A stretch of DNA of 64,000 nucleotides from Promethearchaeota archaeon (GTDB lineage: Archaea; Asgardarchaeota; Lokiarchaeia; Sigyniarchaeales; SOKP01): the NCBI GenBank assembly GCA_029838195.1, contig JALGVJ010000007.1, positions 64,001 through 128,000 of the forward strand. The letters run 5' to 3'. The position numbers and the translations under genes are program-made. The notes beneath the pieces were generated by a model. That model saw only the letters and a list, made by a program, of their open reading frames with translations, did no database searches and was not told the origin of the DNA. Position 1 is the stretch's first letter. Each line of letters begins with the position of its first letter. This document shows, piece after piece, positions 21,287 to 32,751 of the stretch.

Positions 21287-22315
21287 TTAAAAAAAGCCAT
21301 TAAGGAGAAACATGTAATAAATAACTCCCGCAAATAGAGCGGCCATGGGAAATGTAAGTACCCAAAACACAGCCATTTTTGCAAATCCTTTATAATCAAC
21401 TTCCTTCTTTTGTGCAATATTCATCCCTAAAATACAGAATACAATTACATGACTATGAGAAATAGGAAGCCCCAAAAACGTGCAAATCATGAGGATAATA
21501 GCAGAAGATAATTGAATAATGAACCCTTCACTAGGACGGGCTTCGGTCATGTGAGAGGCTAAATTTTTTATAACAAATCGTCCAACTAAAAAAATCCCTA
21601 AAAAAACAAAAATTCCACAAATTACCACGTAAAATTGATATTCTCCCCATGTTAATGATTCATTATTATAGAGACCATAAAAAATGCCAATGCATTCTGC
21701 AGAGTTACCCCCCACCCAGATTTCAGCAAATATTACCGCTAAAAAGAGCAACCAATTAAATCTTTTTTCACTTTTTTCGATCATAGTTAATCCTTTTAAC
21801 CGGGAAAGGATCAATTTGGCAATGATCTTGAAAAGGATAAATGTTATTAATAATCCGAACAAGGGTGATAAGAACCATCCAATTACTACATTCAAAAGTT
21901 TTGTATAATTAAATGCTTGTTCAATCCTCAAATCTTTATAAAATAAAGCATAAACGATAACAACTCCGAATATGCTTCCAACAGTGCTATGCGTAGAGGA
22001 TAAAGGAATTCCCGAGAGACTTCCAATAATTAACCATAAAATAGAACTAATTAATACTGCCAATAACATGAAAGTCGTGTATTTGATACCAGGTCCTAAA
22101 ATATCCGCGCCTACTGTTTTCCCCACGCCTCTACTAAAAAAAATCATTCCAAAACCGGCAGCCAACCCACCTAATAAAAGAGCCGTTCGAAATTTAATTA
22201 CACCAGAGCCTACTAATGGAGCGAGAGTTTCATCATTGGCACCTATGGAAAAAGCAAGAGATATGCCCATTACAATTAGAACTTGAATTAGAATTAATGT
22301 AAGTTGATCAGCCAT
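21287..22315 (-). CDS. pit: Inorganic phosphate transporter, PiT family
   Basis: GAND signature, GIPLSSTHS, GLPISHSH; hydrophobic. Confidence 0.92.
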   Translation of the reverse strand: MADQLTLILIQVLIVMGISLAFSIGANDETLAPLVGSGVIKFRTALLLGGLAAGFGMIFFSRGVGKTVGADILGPGIKYTTFMLLAVLISSILWLIIGSLSGIPLSSTHSTVGSIFGVVIVYALFYKDLRIEQAFNYTKLLNVVIGWFLSPLFGLLITFILFKIIAKLILSRLKGLTMIEKSEKRFNWLLFLAVIFAEIWVGGNSAECIGIFYGLYNNESLTWGEYQFYVVICGIFVFLGIFLVGRFVIKNLASHMTEARPSEGFIIQLSSAIILMICTFLGLPISHSHVIVFCILGMNIAQKKEVDYKGFAKMAVFWVLTFPMAALFAGVIYYMFLLNGFF

Positions 22316-22337
22316 CGTTTATCTCTTAAAAAATAAT

Positions 22338-23000
22338 TCATTCAAAAATCAAGTATTTTGTTGCAAGAAATTGAATGTATTCTGAAAAATTCTTTAAGTG
22401 ATCTGCCAGCATCATTATTCCTTCAATGAATTCTTTAAGATATAAAAAAGTTCTGGAAAGATAATCCATATCGTAATTCCAGAGAGTGGTCAAGAGTTTC
22501 CATTCTGCTTTCCTCATCCGCCTTCTTTCTTCTTTAATATTTTCACAGAGATCCCGAGATTTACTCAAATCCGTAGAAATAAACTTGATCGCTTCCGTAA
22601 TGTTCATGGAAAGCATTTTAAGAGATTTTAAAATGTTTTGAACTTGAAGCTTAAAATTTTCATCCGGAAAAATGACTCTATATATTAATAATTTATGAGC
22701 TAAATATTCTCCAATATTTTTAGTATCATTAATTTTTCTAAAGACTTTTAACCTATCCGCCTTCGAAAACATTAACTTAGTTTTAAAAATTTTTGATTCA
22801 AAAGTTTTTTTTATCTCTTCTTCTTTTGCGGTTTCTATTACGGACTTTAAACTTTTTTCAAAATTGTCAAAATCCTCTTCCACCAAATATTCAATTCCTT
22901 GAATGAGGAGTAAATTTTGGTCATTTATAAACTCGGCAAATAATTCTGTAAGTTCATCAACATTTAATTTTTTGAGATCTAGCGTCTCTAATTTATTCAT
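22338..23000 (-). CDS. Divergent DUF47/PhoU-like helical protein
   Basis: All-helical with two similar halves (KADRL.., EGIMMLADHLKN); first gene of the PiT operon. Confidence 0.6.
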   Translation of the reverse strand: MNKLETLDLKKLNVDELTELFAEFINDQNLLLIQGIEYLVEEDFDNFEKSLKSVIETAKEEEIKKTFESKIFKTKLMFSKADRLKVFRKINDTKNIGEYLAHKLLIYRVIFPDENFKLQVQNILKSLKMLSMNITEAIKFISTDLSKSRDLCENIKEERRRMRKAEWKLLTTLWNYDMDYLSRTFLYLKEFIEGIMMLADHLKNFSEYIQFLATKYLIFE

Positions 23001-23353
23001 GATAAGAACAGTATTTTTATTTTTATTTTTATTTTTTAATTTTAAAGACCCACGTGTTTAAAAATCATTTATTTTTTAAATTGTTTATAATTTTGAATTT
23101 CAATTATTAGTGCACATTAATAAACTACAAGTTTTTGAAAAAACATTTAATTCAGCTTGAGGATTAGTACAAGCATGGTTTCTTGCTTCTTAAAACTCAA
23201 ATCCAGAATATTGAAAAACTCTTGAGGCAAATATAAGAAACATGTTTCTCTTTTCGTCCAATTTTACAAGGAAACCCTAGATTCACATTTAATCATGAAA
23301 ATAATAAAGAAAGATCCGTGAATAATTAAAAAAAAATATGTAATAAGTTAAAA

Positions 23354-24769
23354 TTAAAGAGCTGGACGCTTATCTTGCCACGGTGCTAACTTTTCGAATG
23401 CTCTGGAAACTTGAAGCACCAGTAAATCTTGAAAACGATTACCGATTATTTGCATGCCAATAGGTAATCCTTCTTTTGACCAGCCACAGGGAATGGATGC
23501 AGCAGGCAACCATGTAAGATTTAAGGGAAAAGAAAAGGCCTGCCAAGCTGTTGGAGAGACATTTTTTCCATTGATTTGAGGGGGAAACATCAGCCCTAAT
23601 TTGAATGCAGGAATGGCAGTCATCGGAGTTATGAGAATATCAATTTCTTTAAAAATTTGATAAAAGGTTTTATATATTTCTTTTCTCTGATTTAGCGCTC
23701 GCATTATGGCCATTCCATCATAGCCTAATCCAGCCTCTACCAATTTAATTAATTCCGGATCTAATTTATCTCGCCATTCATTAAGCTTAGGTTTTAAATC
23801 ATAAGCTAACATTGACGTCCAAAGGGTATAAAAACATAATTCCGGTTTTCGTAATTTCATCTTAATCTCTTCTACAGTCCAGTTCAATTGTTCCAATTTT
23901 TTTACTGAATTCAATACGGCTTCTTTAACTTCCTCATCTACGACTTTAGCATATCCTAAATTCATGGAAAATCCAATCTTAAGCTTTTTGGGTGTTTCTT
24001 CAATTTTATCGAAATAGTTGATGGGATCGGCCGGAAGAGAATATCTATCTCCGTGATGAGATCCTTTCATGGCATCTAACATGAGAGCTGCATCTTTCAC
24101 GTATCTGACGATGGGGCCAATGTGAGAGAGCGTGTGTCCCATGAAATAAACACTGGGATAAACGGAAACACGCCCGAAACTTGGTTTTAGACCATATAGT
24201 CCACAGAAACAAGCAGGGATTCGAATAGAGCCTCCTCCGTCTGAACCTTGTGCCAAAGGACTCATTCCTGCAGCTACGGCAGAGGCGGCCCCACCACTGG
24301 AGCCTCCAGAAGTACGAGTAAGATCCCATGGATTTTTCGTTGTTCCAAATAGATAATTATCTGTGACTCCTTTAAATCCAAATTCTGGCGTGTTGGTTTT
24401 TCCTAGTAGTACGATACCCGCATCTTTTAACCGAGAAACATAAACCGTATCTTCCGTTGGCATAAAATTTTCATAAATTTTTGATCCAAAAGTAGTTCGT
24501 ATTCCTTTTGTCAAGGCCAAATCCTTAATTGATGTGGGGATTCCGTTGAGGATTCCAATTTTTTCTCCCTTTTTTACTTTTTCATCCGCAGTTTTAGCCA
24601 TTTCTCTTGCCAAATCGAAAGTTGGAGTACAATAGGAATTCAAAAGGGGATTATATTTTTCAATGCGTTCAATGATGATTTCTGTGAGTTCTTGTGACAA
24701 TAGCTCTTGAGTCTCGATTTTTTCTTTCATTTTCCAAGCGGGTAAAAAACAAATATCTTCTTTACTCAT
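23354..24769 (-). CDS. Amidase signature family enzyme
   Basis: PTSIKD (Lys), [26 protein letters not shown] (Ser-cisSer-Lys triad), GLPIGMQ. Confidence 0.93.
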   Translation of the reverse strand: MSKEDICFLPAWKMKEKIETQELLSQELTEIIIERIEKYNPLLNSYCTPTFDLAREMAKTADEKVKKGEKIGILNGIPTSIKDLALTKGIRTTFGSKIYENFMPTEDTVYVSRLKDAGIVLLGKTNTPEFGFKGVTDNYLFGTTKNPWDLTRTSGGSSGGAASAVAAGMSPLAQGSDGGGSIRIPACFCGLYGLKPSFGRVSVYPSVYFMGHTLSHIGPIVRYVKDAALMLDAMKGSHHGDRYSLPADPINYFDKIEETPKKLKIGFSMNLGYAKVVDEEVKEAVLNSVKKLEQLNWTVEEIKMKLRKPELCFYTLWTSMLAYDLKPKLNEWRDKLDPELIKLVEAGLGYDGMAIMRALNQRKEIYKTFYQIFKEIDILITPMTAIPAFKLGLMFPPQINGKNVSPTAWQAFSFPLNLTWLPAASIPCGWSKEGLPIGMQIIGNRFQDLLVLQVSRAFEKLAPWQDKRPAL

Positions 24770-25126
24770 TTACTTTTTTTTCCTCCATTTTTTAATATTA
24801 TGGGAGAATGATAATTGACCGAGAAGTTTTTAGATTTATAGTATTAAGCACGTCTTCGCTTAAAAATATCATGTAGTTAAATCTAAATTATTTAGAAATT
24901 ATTTAAATTTACGCATAAATATTCCAATCAATTACGTGCATAAATTTTATTAGAAAGCGAAAGATTTCTGGTGATTAACTTTTTGTTTTAAAATTAACGA
25001 AAATTTAAAAAATAAAAAAAATTCTTTACAAACTAAAGTTCGCTTCTAATCACTAAAATTTTTTCCTTTAATTATAAGATGGATTATATCAAGGGAAAAA
25101 GAAAATAAATAAATCTTCAACTGCTT

Positions 25127-28100
25127 TTATAAAGGAACATGTAATCGCGCTTTAATTTTCACGGGTCCTATTAGCCCAGAAGGCATTAAGTTTTTTTTCT
25201 TGTGTTGTTTCCAATCTTTTCCACCTTTCTTGCCATATCCCGTAAGCCTATTTCGCAAGGTGGGTGTTATTTCAATTTTTATTATATTTTTACCTATTTT
25301 AATAGCTTTTGTTATATCTACTTCATATGGATACACTAATAATGTTTCCACTTCTTTTTCATTGATGATAATTCTTGCGACATCATGAACTTGATTAATG
25401 GATAAATAGACATGATAGTTGGCTTTAAAATAGGCTTCGGATAAATTAAAACTCGTGGTATAAATTCCCTTACCGGAGCAATATTTTACTTGCTCAATCT
25501 CACGCCAATCTATCAGCGAATTCAATTCGAGCTCGACGAGAGTGAAACTTCCATCCAAGTTTCTTCGATTTACGGATAAATGCCAATTTTTAAGTTCTAT
25601 CGGAGGAGGCATGTCCTCTTTTATTTCAATTTTTTTCATTGAGCCATCGCTTAATTTAATTTCGTGCATGCTAGCTTTTTCAATGATTCCATATAATTGA
25701 TCATTTTCTCGAATAAGGTCAATGGGGCTTTGAACGGCATGAATGTATTCTTCTATTCTTTTAAATTTAATTAAAAATGAACCGTAGGGAGGAAAATGCA
25801 AAGCCATTAAAACACCTAATTCTTTAGTATCGTACTGGGCAGCTTTAGAAATATCTCCCGTCCAAGGATTAAGTATAAAAGGAATTTTCTCTTGTCTTGT
25901 AAATAAGGTTGATAATCTTAAAGATTTATTAGTAGAATTTCTCAGGAAATAATAATCCGCATCATCAGTTACTTTATGAATGAATTGTATTGAATTTTGA
26001 GAAGGTTCATATACGATCTGGGGAATTATATTCAATTGTTTAGTTAAATAATCAGAAATCTTGATAGTATTCTTGATTAATTGAACGTTGGGAAGTTTAA
26101 CTAATTCATCCATTAGAGAGGAGATCTTTGCATCGTTTTCCTTATGATTTAAGAAGCCTGGCTGTCGTGAGGGAAGAGCCTCTAAAAATAAAAGGTTTAT
26201 TCCCTTATCGGCAATTTCTTCTAATTTTTTGGCTAATTCAAGGGAAATAGACTTAATATTTGGAAGGATGAGGACTTTAACGGTAGTAGCTCCGATTTTT
26301 AAGAATTCATTCTCAATTTTCGCATTTAATAGGCTTTCTTCATTTACGTGAAAATAATAATAGCCATTAAAAACCAGATCGTCTCCAAGCTCTTGTAATG
26401 AATGCGTCCACTTTTCCTCAGTATCCCATTTCTCTTTTTTTTTAGGATATGCATCGATCTGATTCTTGGCTTTTAGAGCATCGTTCTCATCTAAATATCC
26501 CCCAACTAATTCTTCATTTTTTAAAACGGTATCCGGGTAATTCCGGATTGAATAATAAATGGCTACATCACAAACCGTTTTTCCTCGCTGCATTACTAAT
26601 TGACAGCGAGTAATGTATTGATTCATGGCTGGAAAAAATTCCCAGAAGGGATTCATTCTACTGAAATTAGAAGAAAAAGTCATTAATTTCGGAACATGCG
26701 GCGTGGAAAATGCGCAATACCCCGGGTATGGAAATGAAGGATGTTGATAAGGGAATCCATGATAGATCATCTGATTAATTCCGGCAATAAAAAGCCTATC
26801 TGCCCCAACTTTCCATTTTAATGGCGTGGTCATATAATCCCGCTGATTCCACACGAGCGATTCGGCCGAGACAATGGGAGATTCATGAATGATCCCCGCC
26901 GAACCCGCGAGTTTTAGAAAATCGATGACACCTCCCCCATAAAGCTGTTCGGTTTCTGGAATGTGTGCTCTTCCGTAAGCTTTAAGAGTGTCTGCTCGAA
27001 TTCCGTAGGCTTGAATTCTACTTTTCACGTTATTTTTATCTGCCCATTGTTTTATGATTTCCAAAAATTCTTCGGTGAAAAGATCCGATATCGTGAGTTC
27101 ATAATCATATCTAATGCGCTTCCCTATATCCGTATCTTTGAAATCAAAAGCTGGAGGGGAGATTCCAAAAAACACGTGAAGATATTTGTTATCTCTATTA
27201 GGAACGAAACAAAGGGGTAAAAAGGGCGTTAAATCATAGCCTCTTCTCTTATAAAATTGCTCTAGAAAGTCATCTGACCATAACCAATCAGAACTTAATT
27301 CTAAACTGTCAGTAAAGAAAGCTCTCAAAGTTTTTCCAAAATATTTTCCATAATACTTTTTACCAATTCCAAAATGAGCCTCTAAATGATATTTAATAGC
27401 TTCCGCAGAGAGATGGTCCAATACCAGACTGTCTCCTTCAGATGAGGAACGACAATCTCCTAAAGGTTTAGTTCCGGAAGGCCCCTTATAAAAAGCAAAA
27501 ACTTGCCATCTGCCTTCAGGAACTTCCCATTCAAAAAATCCCTCCTCATCTACTAATTTAGTTAGATTAATTAATGAATCTTTCTTTAAGTAAGCGGTTT
27601 TTACATTTCTATATTTTATCTTCCCCCTCTTTCCCACCGGTTGAGCAGCCATTAATGCTTCCAATTTCATATCGTTTTTAAAGAACTCTGCCACTTTAGT
27701 GCCTACAAGGATTTTGAAGAGAGGTTGGAGCTTATAAAATAAGGGTTTTTTAAATTTTGGAATCTTGCCTCTATAGAGTTTAGGCCCCTTGATTGTTTTT
27801 TCTCCCACGAGTAAGACTTTTAATGATTTCTCTTTCGTAATATGAGTGCCCCCGGCTGGCCAAGAAGAGCCAATTGTTAAATCTATTACCATTTCCCTTT
27901 TTGATGCCTCTTCGAGTAAAGCTTTAATCATTTCATGGTAATAAGGTTGCATGAATCTATGTGTTCGCTTGAGCCTTTCCTCATCCATTTTTTTTGGAGA
28001 GCCAATTAAAAAAGCTTGAATTTCTGCTCCATAAAAACCTGCCTCATCGAGTTCTCGTAATTCTCTTAAAAGTTCTTCTTTATCCACATCTAAGCCTGGC

Positions 28101-28183
28101 CACCACCACCGAACCATGGGGCGGGCAGATTTCGGGGGATTTTTAAATTCCTCGGGGTCGATGGTTGTTTTCATTAATGTCAT
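25127..28183 (-). CDS. GH106 family alpha-L-rhamnosidase-like glycoside hydrolase
   Basis: RPMVRWWWPG, WPAGG, LDHLS, FFTDSLE, GINQMIYHG, C-terminal PSGLIGPV; no signal peptide. Confidence 0.88.
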   Translation of the reverse strand: MTLMKTTIDPEEFKNPPKSARPMVRWWWPGLDVDKEELLRELRELDEAGFYGAEIQAFLIGSPKKMDEERLKRTHRFMQPYYHEMIKALLEEASKREMVIDLTIGSSWPAGGTHITKEKSLKVLLVGEKTIKGPKLYRGKIPKFKKPLFYKLQPLFKILVGTKVAEFFKNDMKLEALMAAQPVGKRGKIKYRNVKTAYLKKDSLINLTKLVDEEGFFEWEVPEGRWQVFAFYKGPSGTKPLGDCRSSSEGDSLVLDHLSAEAIKYHLEAHFGIGKKYYGKYFGKTLRAFFTDSLELSSDWLWSDDFLEQFYKRRGYDLTPFLPLCFVPNRDNKYLHVFFGISPPAFDFKDTDIGKRIRYDYELTISDLFTEEFLEIIKQWADKNNVKSRIQAYGIRADTLKAYGRAHIPETEQLYGGGVIDFLKLAGSAGIIHESPIVSAESLVWNQRDYMTTPLKWKVGADRLFIAGINQMIYHGFPYQHPSFPYPGYCAFSTPHVPKLMTFSSNFSRMNPFWEFFPAMNQYITRCQLVMQRGKTVCDVAIYYSIRNYPDTVLKNEELVGGYLDENDALKAKNQIDAYPKKKEKWDTEEKWTHSLQELGDDLVFNGYYYFHVNEESLLNAKIENEFLKIGATTVKVLILPNIKSISLELAKKLEEIADKGINLLFLEALPSRQPGFLNHKENDAKISSLMDELVKLPNVQLIKNTIKISDYLTKQLNIIPQIVYEPSQNSIQFIHKVTDDADYYFLRNSTNKSLRLSTLFTRQEKIPFILNPWTGDISKAAQYDTKELGVLMALHFPPYGSFLIKFKRIEEYIHAVQSPIDLIRENDQLYGIIEKASMHEIKLSDGSMKKIEIKEDMPPPIELKNWHLSVNRRNLDGSFTLVELELNSLIDWREIEQVKYCSGKGIYTTSFNLSEAYFKANYHVYLSINQVHDVARIIINEKEVETLLVYPYEVDITKAIKIGKNIIKIEITPTLRNRLTGYGKKGGKDWKQHKKKNLMPSGLIGPVKIKARLHVPL

Positions 28184-28444
28184 GATATTTTCTTATTATA
28201 TTTTTATAAGAATTGTTATATTAAGTAATGAAATGTTAAAATAATATATAAACCTTAATGCATTATATTTCATGCAATTATTACTTTTTATTTAAAAAAT
28301 ATTTAAGTTTAAATGGTTAATTTAAATTTTTCTCATTTATGTTCCGAGCTTGTAAATTAATAGGGTACAATCTAAGTCAAGAAGAATGGGATCTTATCCA
28401 AATTAAATACACGATAAAAGAGAATTAGAAAAAAGAGATTTTTT

Positions 28445-29416
28445 TCAAGCTTCTGTTTTATAAAACGGAGATTTACTTAATAACATCCGTTTTGCTATAG
28501 GTCTTACGATTAAAGGAAATAAACGATTCATAAAACGAGAAAATTCTACTTTTTTTTTAACTTCCTCAAAATAATCTTCGAGTGTATATCTTTGATATTG
28601 GAGTAATTCTTGGCTCTTTTGGGTATCCATGAACCCACAATGGAATTCTTCATTGCTAAATGCTTCTTGAGGTAAGAGATCTCCTCCCAAGCCGAAGAGA
28701 TCTAGCATTTTATGAATATAATCCCTGTAAATAATGCGACATTTAGGTCCTCCGGCAATATTGAGAATATTTCCCCATACCTCCGGTTTTTCAACGGCAT
28801 TAGCAATGGCATATCCCACATCTCTGGTATGGCAAATTTCTATGCATGTTTCTAAGGGCATGTGGAACATTAATGGATCCAGAGCAAGTTTCTCCATGGA
28901 AACAATGTAAGTTAATCGCAAAATTAACCACTCCAGAGAAGAATTTTGGATTAATTGTTCGCATTGAACTTTTTGATGGGCGTAAGGATCATCTTTATTT
29001 GGATTTATGGGATCCGTGGTTTTAATGAGGGGTGATTCACGCCTATCCCCATAAACAGCAATAGATGAGGTGAAAATTAATTTCGGTTTTTTCTTTTGAC
29101 ATTCCATGGCTTTTATCACGTTTTTCGTGCCTCCTACATTTACTTCTTCTGCTAAGGTAGGATTTTGATCTGCCAAAGGAGGAATAATTGCTCCCACATG
29201 AATAACTATATCAACATTGCTAACAGCTTTTTGAACTTCCGAATAATTTCTTAAATCTCCCCAGATTAATTCAATTTTATTCTCATATTTCTTAGCTATT
29301 TTTAAATTTTTGTCATTTTTTAATTCAAAAATTTTTATATCATGACCTCTCTCGATTAATTCTTCCAAAGTGCTCAAACCAACATTGCCAAATGCTCCTG
29401 TTAAAAGTATCTTCAT
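28445..29416 (-). CDS. NAD-dependent epimerase/dehydratase (extended SDR)
   Basis: ILLTGAFGNVG Rossmann motif, FTSSIAVYG, YAHQK. Confidence 0.9.
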   Translation of the reverse strand: MKILLTGAFGNVGLSTLEELIERGHDIKIFELKNDKNLKIAKKYENKIELIWGDLRNYSEVQKAVSNVDIVIHVGAIIPPLADQNPTLAEEVNVGGTKNVIKAMECQKKKPKLIFTSSIAVYGDRRESPLIKTTDPINPNKDDPYAHQKVQCEQLIQNSSLEWLILRLTYIVSMEKLALDPLMFHMPLETCIEICHTRDVGYAIANAVEKPEVWGNILNIAGGPKCRIIYRDYIHKMLDLFGLGGDLLPQEAFSNEEFHCGFMDTQKSQELLQYQRYTLEDYFEEVKKKVEFSRFMNRLFPLIVRPIAKRMLLSKSPFYKTEA

Positions 29417-29600
29417 TTACTTAATACCTCCAATAAAAATCAAGCTTCTGAACGAATTTATTCGTGTTAAATCAAAAAATATTTTTTATTAAAAAAATAT
29501 AATAATTTTAATAATATGAAAATATAGGTTGCCATTGCAACTTCTTTAAATAATAAATAAAATAAATTTATAAATTCAAATTTTAAAGAGTATTGATCTA

Positions 29601-30314
29601 ATGAAAGCTATTCGCTTACAATTACCGGGAAATTTTTTGAAATATCTTGGTTTCCATGATATTTTTCAGGATATTGAATGGATAGAAATTTTACAAGCAT
29701 TTCAATATGATTCAACTCATTTATTTTCGATCCAACGAATGAAATTCATGCATTCTATCAATGACCCGTTGGACGTGTTTATTCAAACTAAGTTCAATCC
29801 AAAATTTTATCAAGTTTTAAATGTCATGGAGGACGAAATGACTTGCATCCTTAATCAAACTCGCTCTTCTGGGTTTTTTCCCATAATAGAATCGGGACCA
29901 TGGGCGTTTCGTTTTCCTATTCATGTTTCTAAAGAAAAAATCCTCTTGAGCATGATTGTACAAGAAGAATATCTCCCTAAATTGTATGAAATTTTAATGT
30001 CTTTCACGAACACTTATGAAATTCTTGCCAGCACGGATTTAGATAAAATTGAAGATATTAAAGATTTTTTTGGAGCTTATTTTTTACCTTTTCCAAATTT
30101 CACGAGAAGACAACGGGAATTAGCTACTTATGCTGCTGAGAAAGGGTATTTTCAATCACCAAAGAAAATAAGTGCGAAAGATATAGCTAAAAAATTTAAC
30201 ATTTCCGTTACAGCAGTAAATAAACACATGAACAACATTAAAAACATCGCAATGGAATATTTTTTTGGAAAACCTGAAAGATATATGACAAGAAGGAGAA
30301 ATACTGAATTGTAA
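29601..30314 (+). CDS. Transcription regulator with C-terminal Bat/HTH_10 helix-turn-helix
   Basis: FTRRQRE...KGYFQSPKKISAKDIAKKFNIS motif; divergent from the SDR gene. Confidence 0.85.
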   Translation: MKAIRLQLPGNFLKYLGFHDIFQDIEWIEILQAFQYDSTHLFSIQRMKFMHSINDPLDVFIQTKFNPKFYQVLNVMEDEMTCILNQTRSSGFFPIIESGPWAFRFPIHVSKEKILLSMIVQEEYLPKLYEILMSFTNTYEILASTDLDKIEDIKDFFGAYFLPFPNFTRRQRELATYAAEKGYFQSPKKISAKDIAKKFNISVTAVNKHMNNIKNIAMEYFFGKPERYMTRRRNTEL

Positions 30315-30612
30315 AGCAAATAGGTATCTTTTGGTCTTCAAAGTAATTTTTAAACGCATTTTTAATTATAGAGTTACATCAAAATGGTGTGATTTTCGGA
30401 GAGTGTGAGTTTGCTCGATAACCCTTTCAATATTTTGGAAAAAAGATTGCTTCTATTAAAAAAATAATCATCAATTTCATGAGTATCTCATTTTTCTTGA
30501 ATTTTTTTCAAAAAAAATATAAAGGTGTACAGAAATTGTTTATTTAAGAAACATTGATTATTATAATTGTGAATAATAATAATAATAATTTATACAAGGA
30601 ATAAGGAATATC

Positions 30613-32751
30613 ATGAAATCTTTGCTACACGATTCACTCCTTTCTCAATATGGAGAAATTATTATTTCTACGATTTTAAATGAAATTTCGGATTTAATTG
30701 CAGTATTAAATGAAGCTTTCATCATTGAATACATTAATGAGGGCCCTCATTTCCATTTATTAGGATATTCAAGTGAGGATTTAGTTGGTACTTCGATTCT
30801 TAACTTGTTTAGGAAAAAAGAGAGAGAAAAAGCAAAAAGAGGATTAACTACCATTCTTGAGAGAGGTGTATATAAAAATGCAGCCAAGGTTATAACGAAA
30901 GAACAAAAAATAGCAACGTTAGAATTCATTGGTAAAAAGTTTAAATCAAATACAGGAGAAATAAAAATTATATTAATTTCGAATAAGCTAGATAAAAAGA
31001 GTTTTCTTTCGAGATTATCGAATTCCACCAAGAGGTTACAAGAATTTAATGAATCGCTTTCAGAAATCCGGTTTTGGAAATTACTTGCGCCTGAAGCATA
31101 TAGTGAGGCATTGGAGAAATCCTATGAGATCTTTCAATTCATTTTGGATAATATTCCTTTGCAAGTATGTTGGAAAGATTTAAATTTAGTTTATTTAGGA
31201 TGTAATAAAAAATTCGCAGAATATTTAGGATTTGAAGATTCCCTTCGGATAATCGGAAAGACTGATCAGGAACTAAGTTGGAATGTAAAAAATAAGATTC
31301 AATTTCACGATAAAGAACAGAGAGTTATTGAATTAGATCAAGCCTTGTATCACGATATTCAAGAATTTGAAGATTTGGTCGGAAACAAGAGCTGGTTTGA
31401 AATCAATCGGATTCCCTTACACGACCATCAGGGTAAGGTCAATGCTATTTTAATTACACATGAGAATATTACAGACAGAATTAAAGCGGAAAAAGAAAAA
31501 CAATTAGCAGAACAAAAGTTAAAAGAATCCGAGGTTAAATATCGGCATCTATTCAACCATTCTCCTGATGCTATTTGGTTAATAGATACTGATGGCTTCA
31601 TTCTTGATTGTAATGAAACGACGAATAAATTTTTATCAGTATATAAAAGAGAAGATTTAATCGGAAAGAATTTTAAAGAAATAATAACCATGTTTCTCAG
31701 GTATGGAGACCCTCGTTTTAAAGAACTTGGTTCCATTTTTGAGAAGCGATTCCAAAAGCTAATTGAAGGAGAAATGCTTAATCCATACGAATTTCAAGTA
31801 GCTCGTGTGGATGGAAAGGAATTTTGGCTCACGTTAGAATCAACACGGGTCAATGTGGGAGGCAAAAATTTAATCCAAGTAATAATTCGAGATATCACGC
31901 AACAGAAAACAGCAGAATTAAAATTAAAAGAGTCAGAACGTCAATTAAGAATTTTAAATAGAGAACTGGAGAAAAAAGTACAAGAAAGAACAAAAAAATT
32001 AAAACAATCCGAGAAAAAACTACGAGAACAAAATATTGAATTAATGAAATTAGATAAGTTAAAAAATGAATTCATTAATACCACATCGCATGAATTAAAA
32101 ACGCCGTTAGTATCGATAGCCGGGTTTACTGATTACATCTTACTGAAATATAAGGATTTAAATCCGGAGATTAGAGAAGATTTAGAAATCGTGAAAAAAA
32201 ATGTTAATAGGCTGAAGTTTTTAATTGAACAATTATCGGATGCTTTAAAAATCGACTCGAAGAAATTAAAGCATGATATTAAATTAAAGAAAGAAAACAT
32301 GCGGGATATCATAGATAATTGCGTTTCGGACTTAAAATTTTTAATGGAAAATAAAAATCTTGTCATGGATGTAAATGTTAGAGAAAATCTTGTTTTAACA
32401 GTGGATAAAAATCGAATGATTCAAGTATTTATTAATTTATTATCTAATGCAATTAAATTTACCCCCAACGACGGATATATTACCATAATTGCGGAAGAGC
32501 AAGGAGATTATTATTTATTTAAAGTAAAGGATTCCGGAATTGGATTAAATGCGGAAGATATTCCCAAATTATTTGGAAAATTTGTTAAATTGAATTTTAA
32601 TGAGGAAAATTATTCGAATGGCACGGGATTAGGGCTCTATATCACGAAAGGGATAATAGAAGCTCATGGAGGGAAAATCTGGGCTCTTTCAGAAGGTAAG
32701 GATAAAGGAGCGGAATTCTGTTTCACGCTCCCTAAAAACAATAATGTTTAA
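30613..32751 (+). CDS. Cytoplasmic multi-PAS sensor histidine kinase
   Basis: Three PAS-like segments, H-box SHELKTPL, N-box NLLSNAIKF, DSGIG, GTGLGL. Confidence 0.95.
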   Translation: MKSLLHDSLLSQYGEIIISTILNEISDLIAVLNEAFIIEYINEGPHFHLLGYSSEDLVGTSILNLFRKKEREKAKRGLTTILERGVYKNAAKVITKEQKIATLEFIGKKFKSNTGEIKIILISNKLDKKSFLSRLSNSTKRLQEFNESLSEIRFWKLLAPEAYSEALEKSYEIFQFILDNIPLQVCWKDLNLVYLGCNKKFAEYLGFEDSLRIIGKTDQELSWNVKNKIQFHDKEQRVIELDQALYHDIQEFEDLVGNKSWFEINRIPLHDHQGKVNAILITHENITDRIKAEKEKQLAEQKLKESEVKYRHLFNHSPDAIWLIDTDGFILDCNETTNKFLSVYKREDLIGKNFKEIITMFLRYGDPRFKELGSIFEKRFQKLIEGEMLNPYEFQVARVDGKEFWLTLESTRVNVGGKNLIQVIIRDITQQKTAELKLKESERQLRILNRELEKKVQERTKKLKQSEKKLREQNIELMKLDKLKNEFINTTSHELKTPLVSIAGFTDYILLKYKDLNPEIREDLEIVKKNVNRLKFLIEQLSDALKIDSKKLKHDIKLKKENMRDIIDNCVSDLKFLMENKNLVMDVNVRENLVLTVDKNRMIQVFINLLSNAIKFTPNDGYITIIAEEQGDYYLFKVKDSGIGLNAEDIPKLFGKFVKLNFNEENYSNGTGLGLYITKGIIEAHGGKIWALSEGKDKGAEFCFTLPKNNNV

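Noticed and set aside
23354-24769. gatA (Glu-tRNA amidotransferase subunit A)
   Set aside because: No gatB/gatC nearby, and GKTNTPEFG rather than the GatA-type GKTNMDEF; called a generic amidase.
5773-28444. Shared rhamnose-regulon operator upstream of rhaB, GH78, GH20 and GH106
   Set aside because: Only short A/T-rich matches (e.g. AAACCTTAA), indistinguishable from background by eye.
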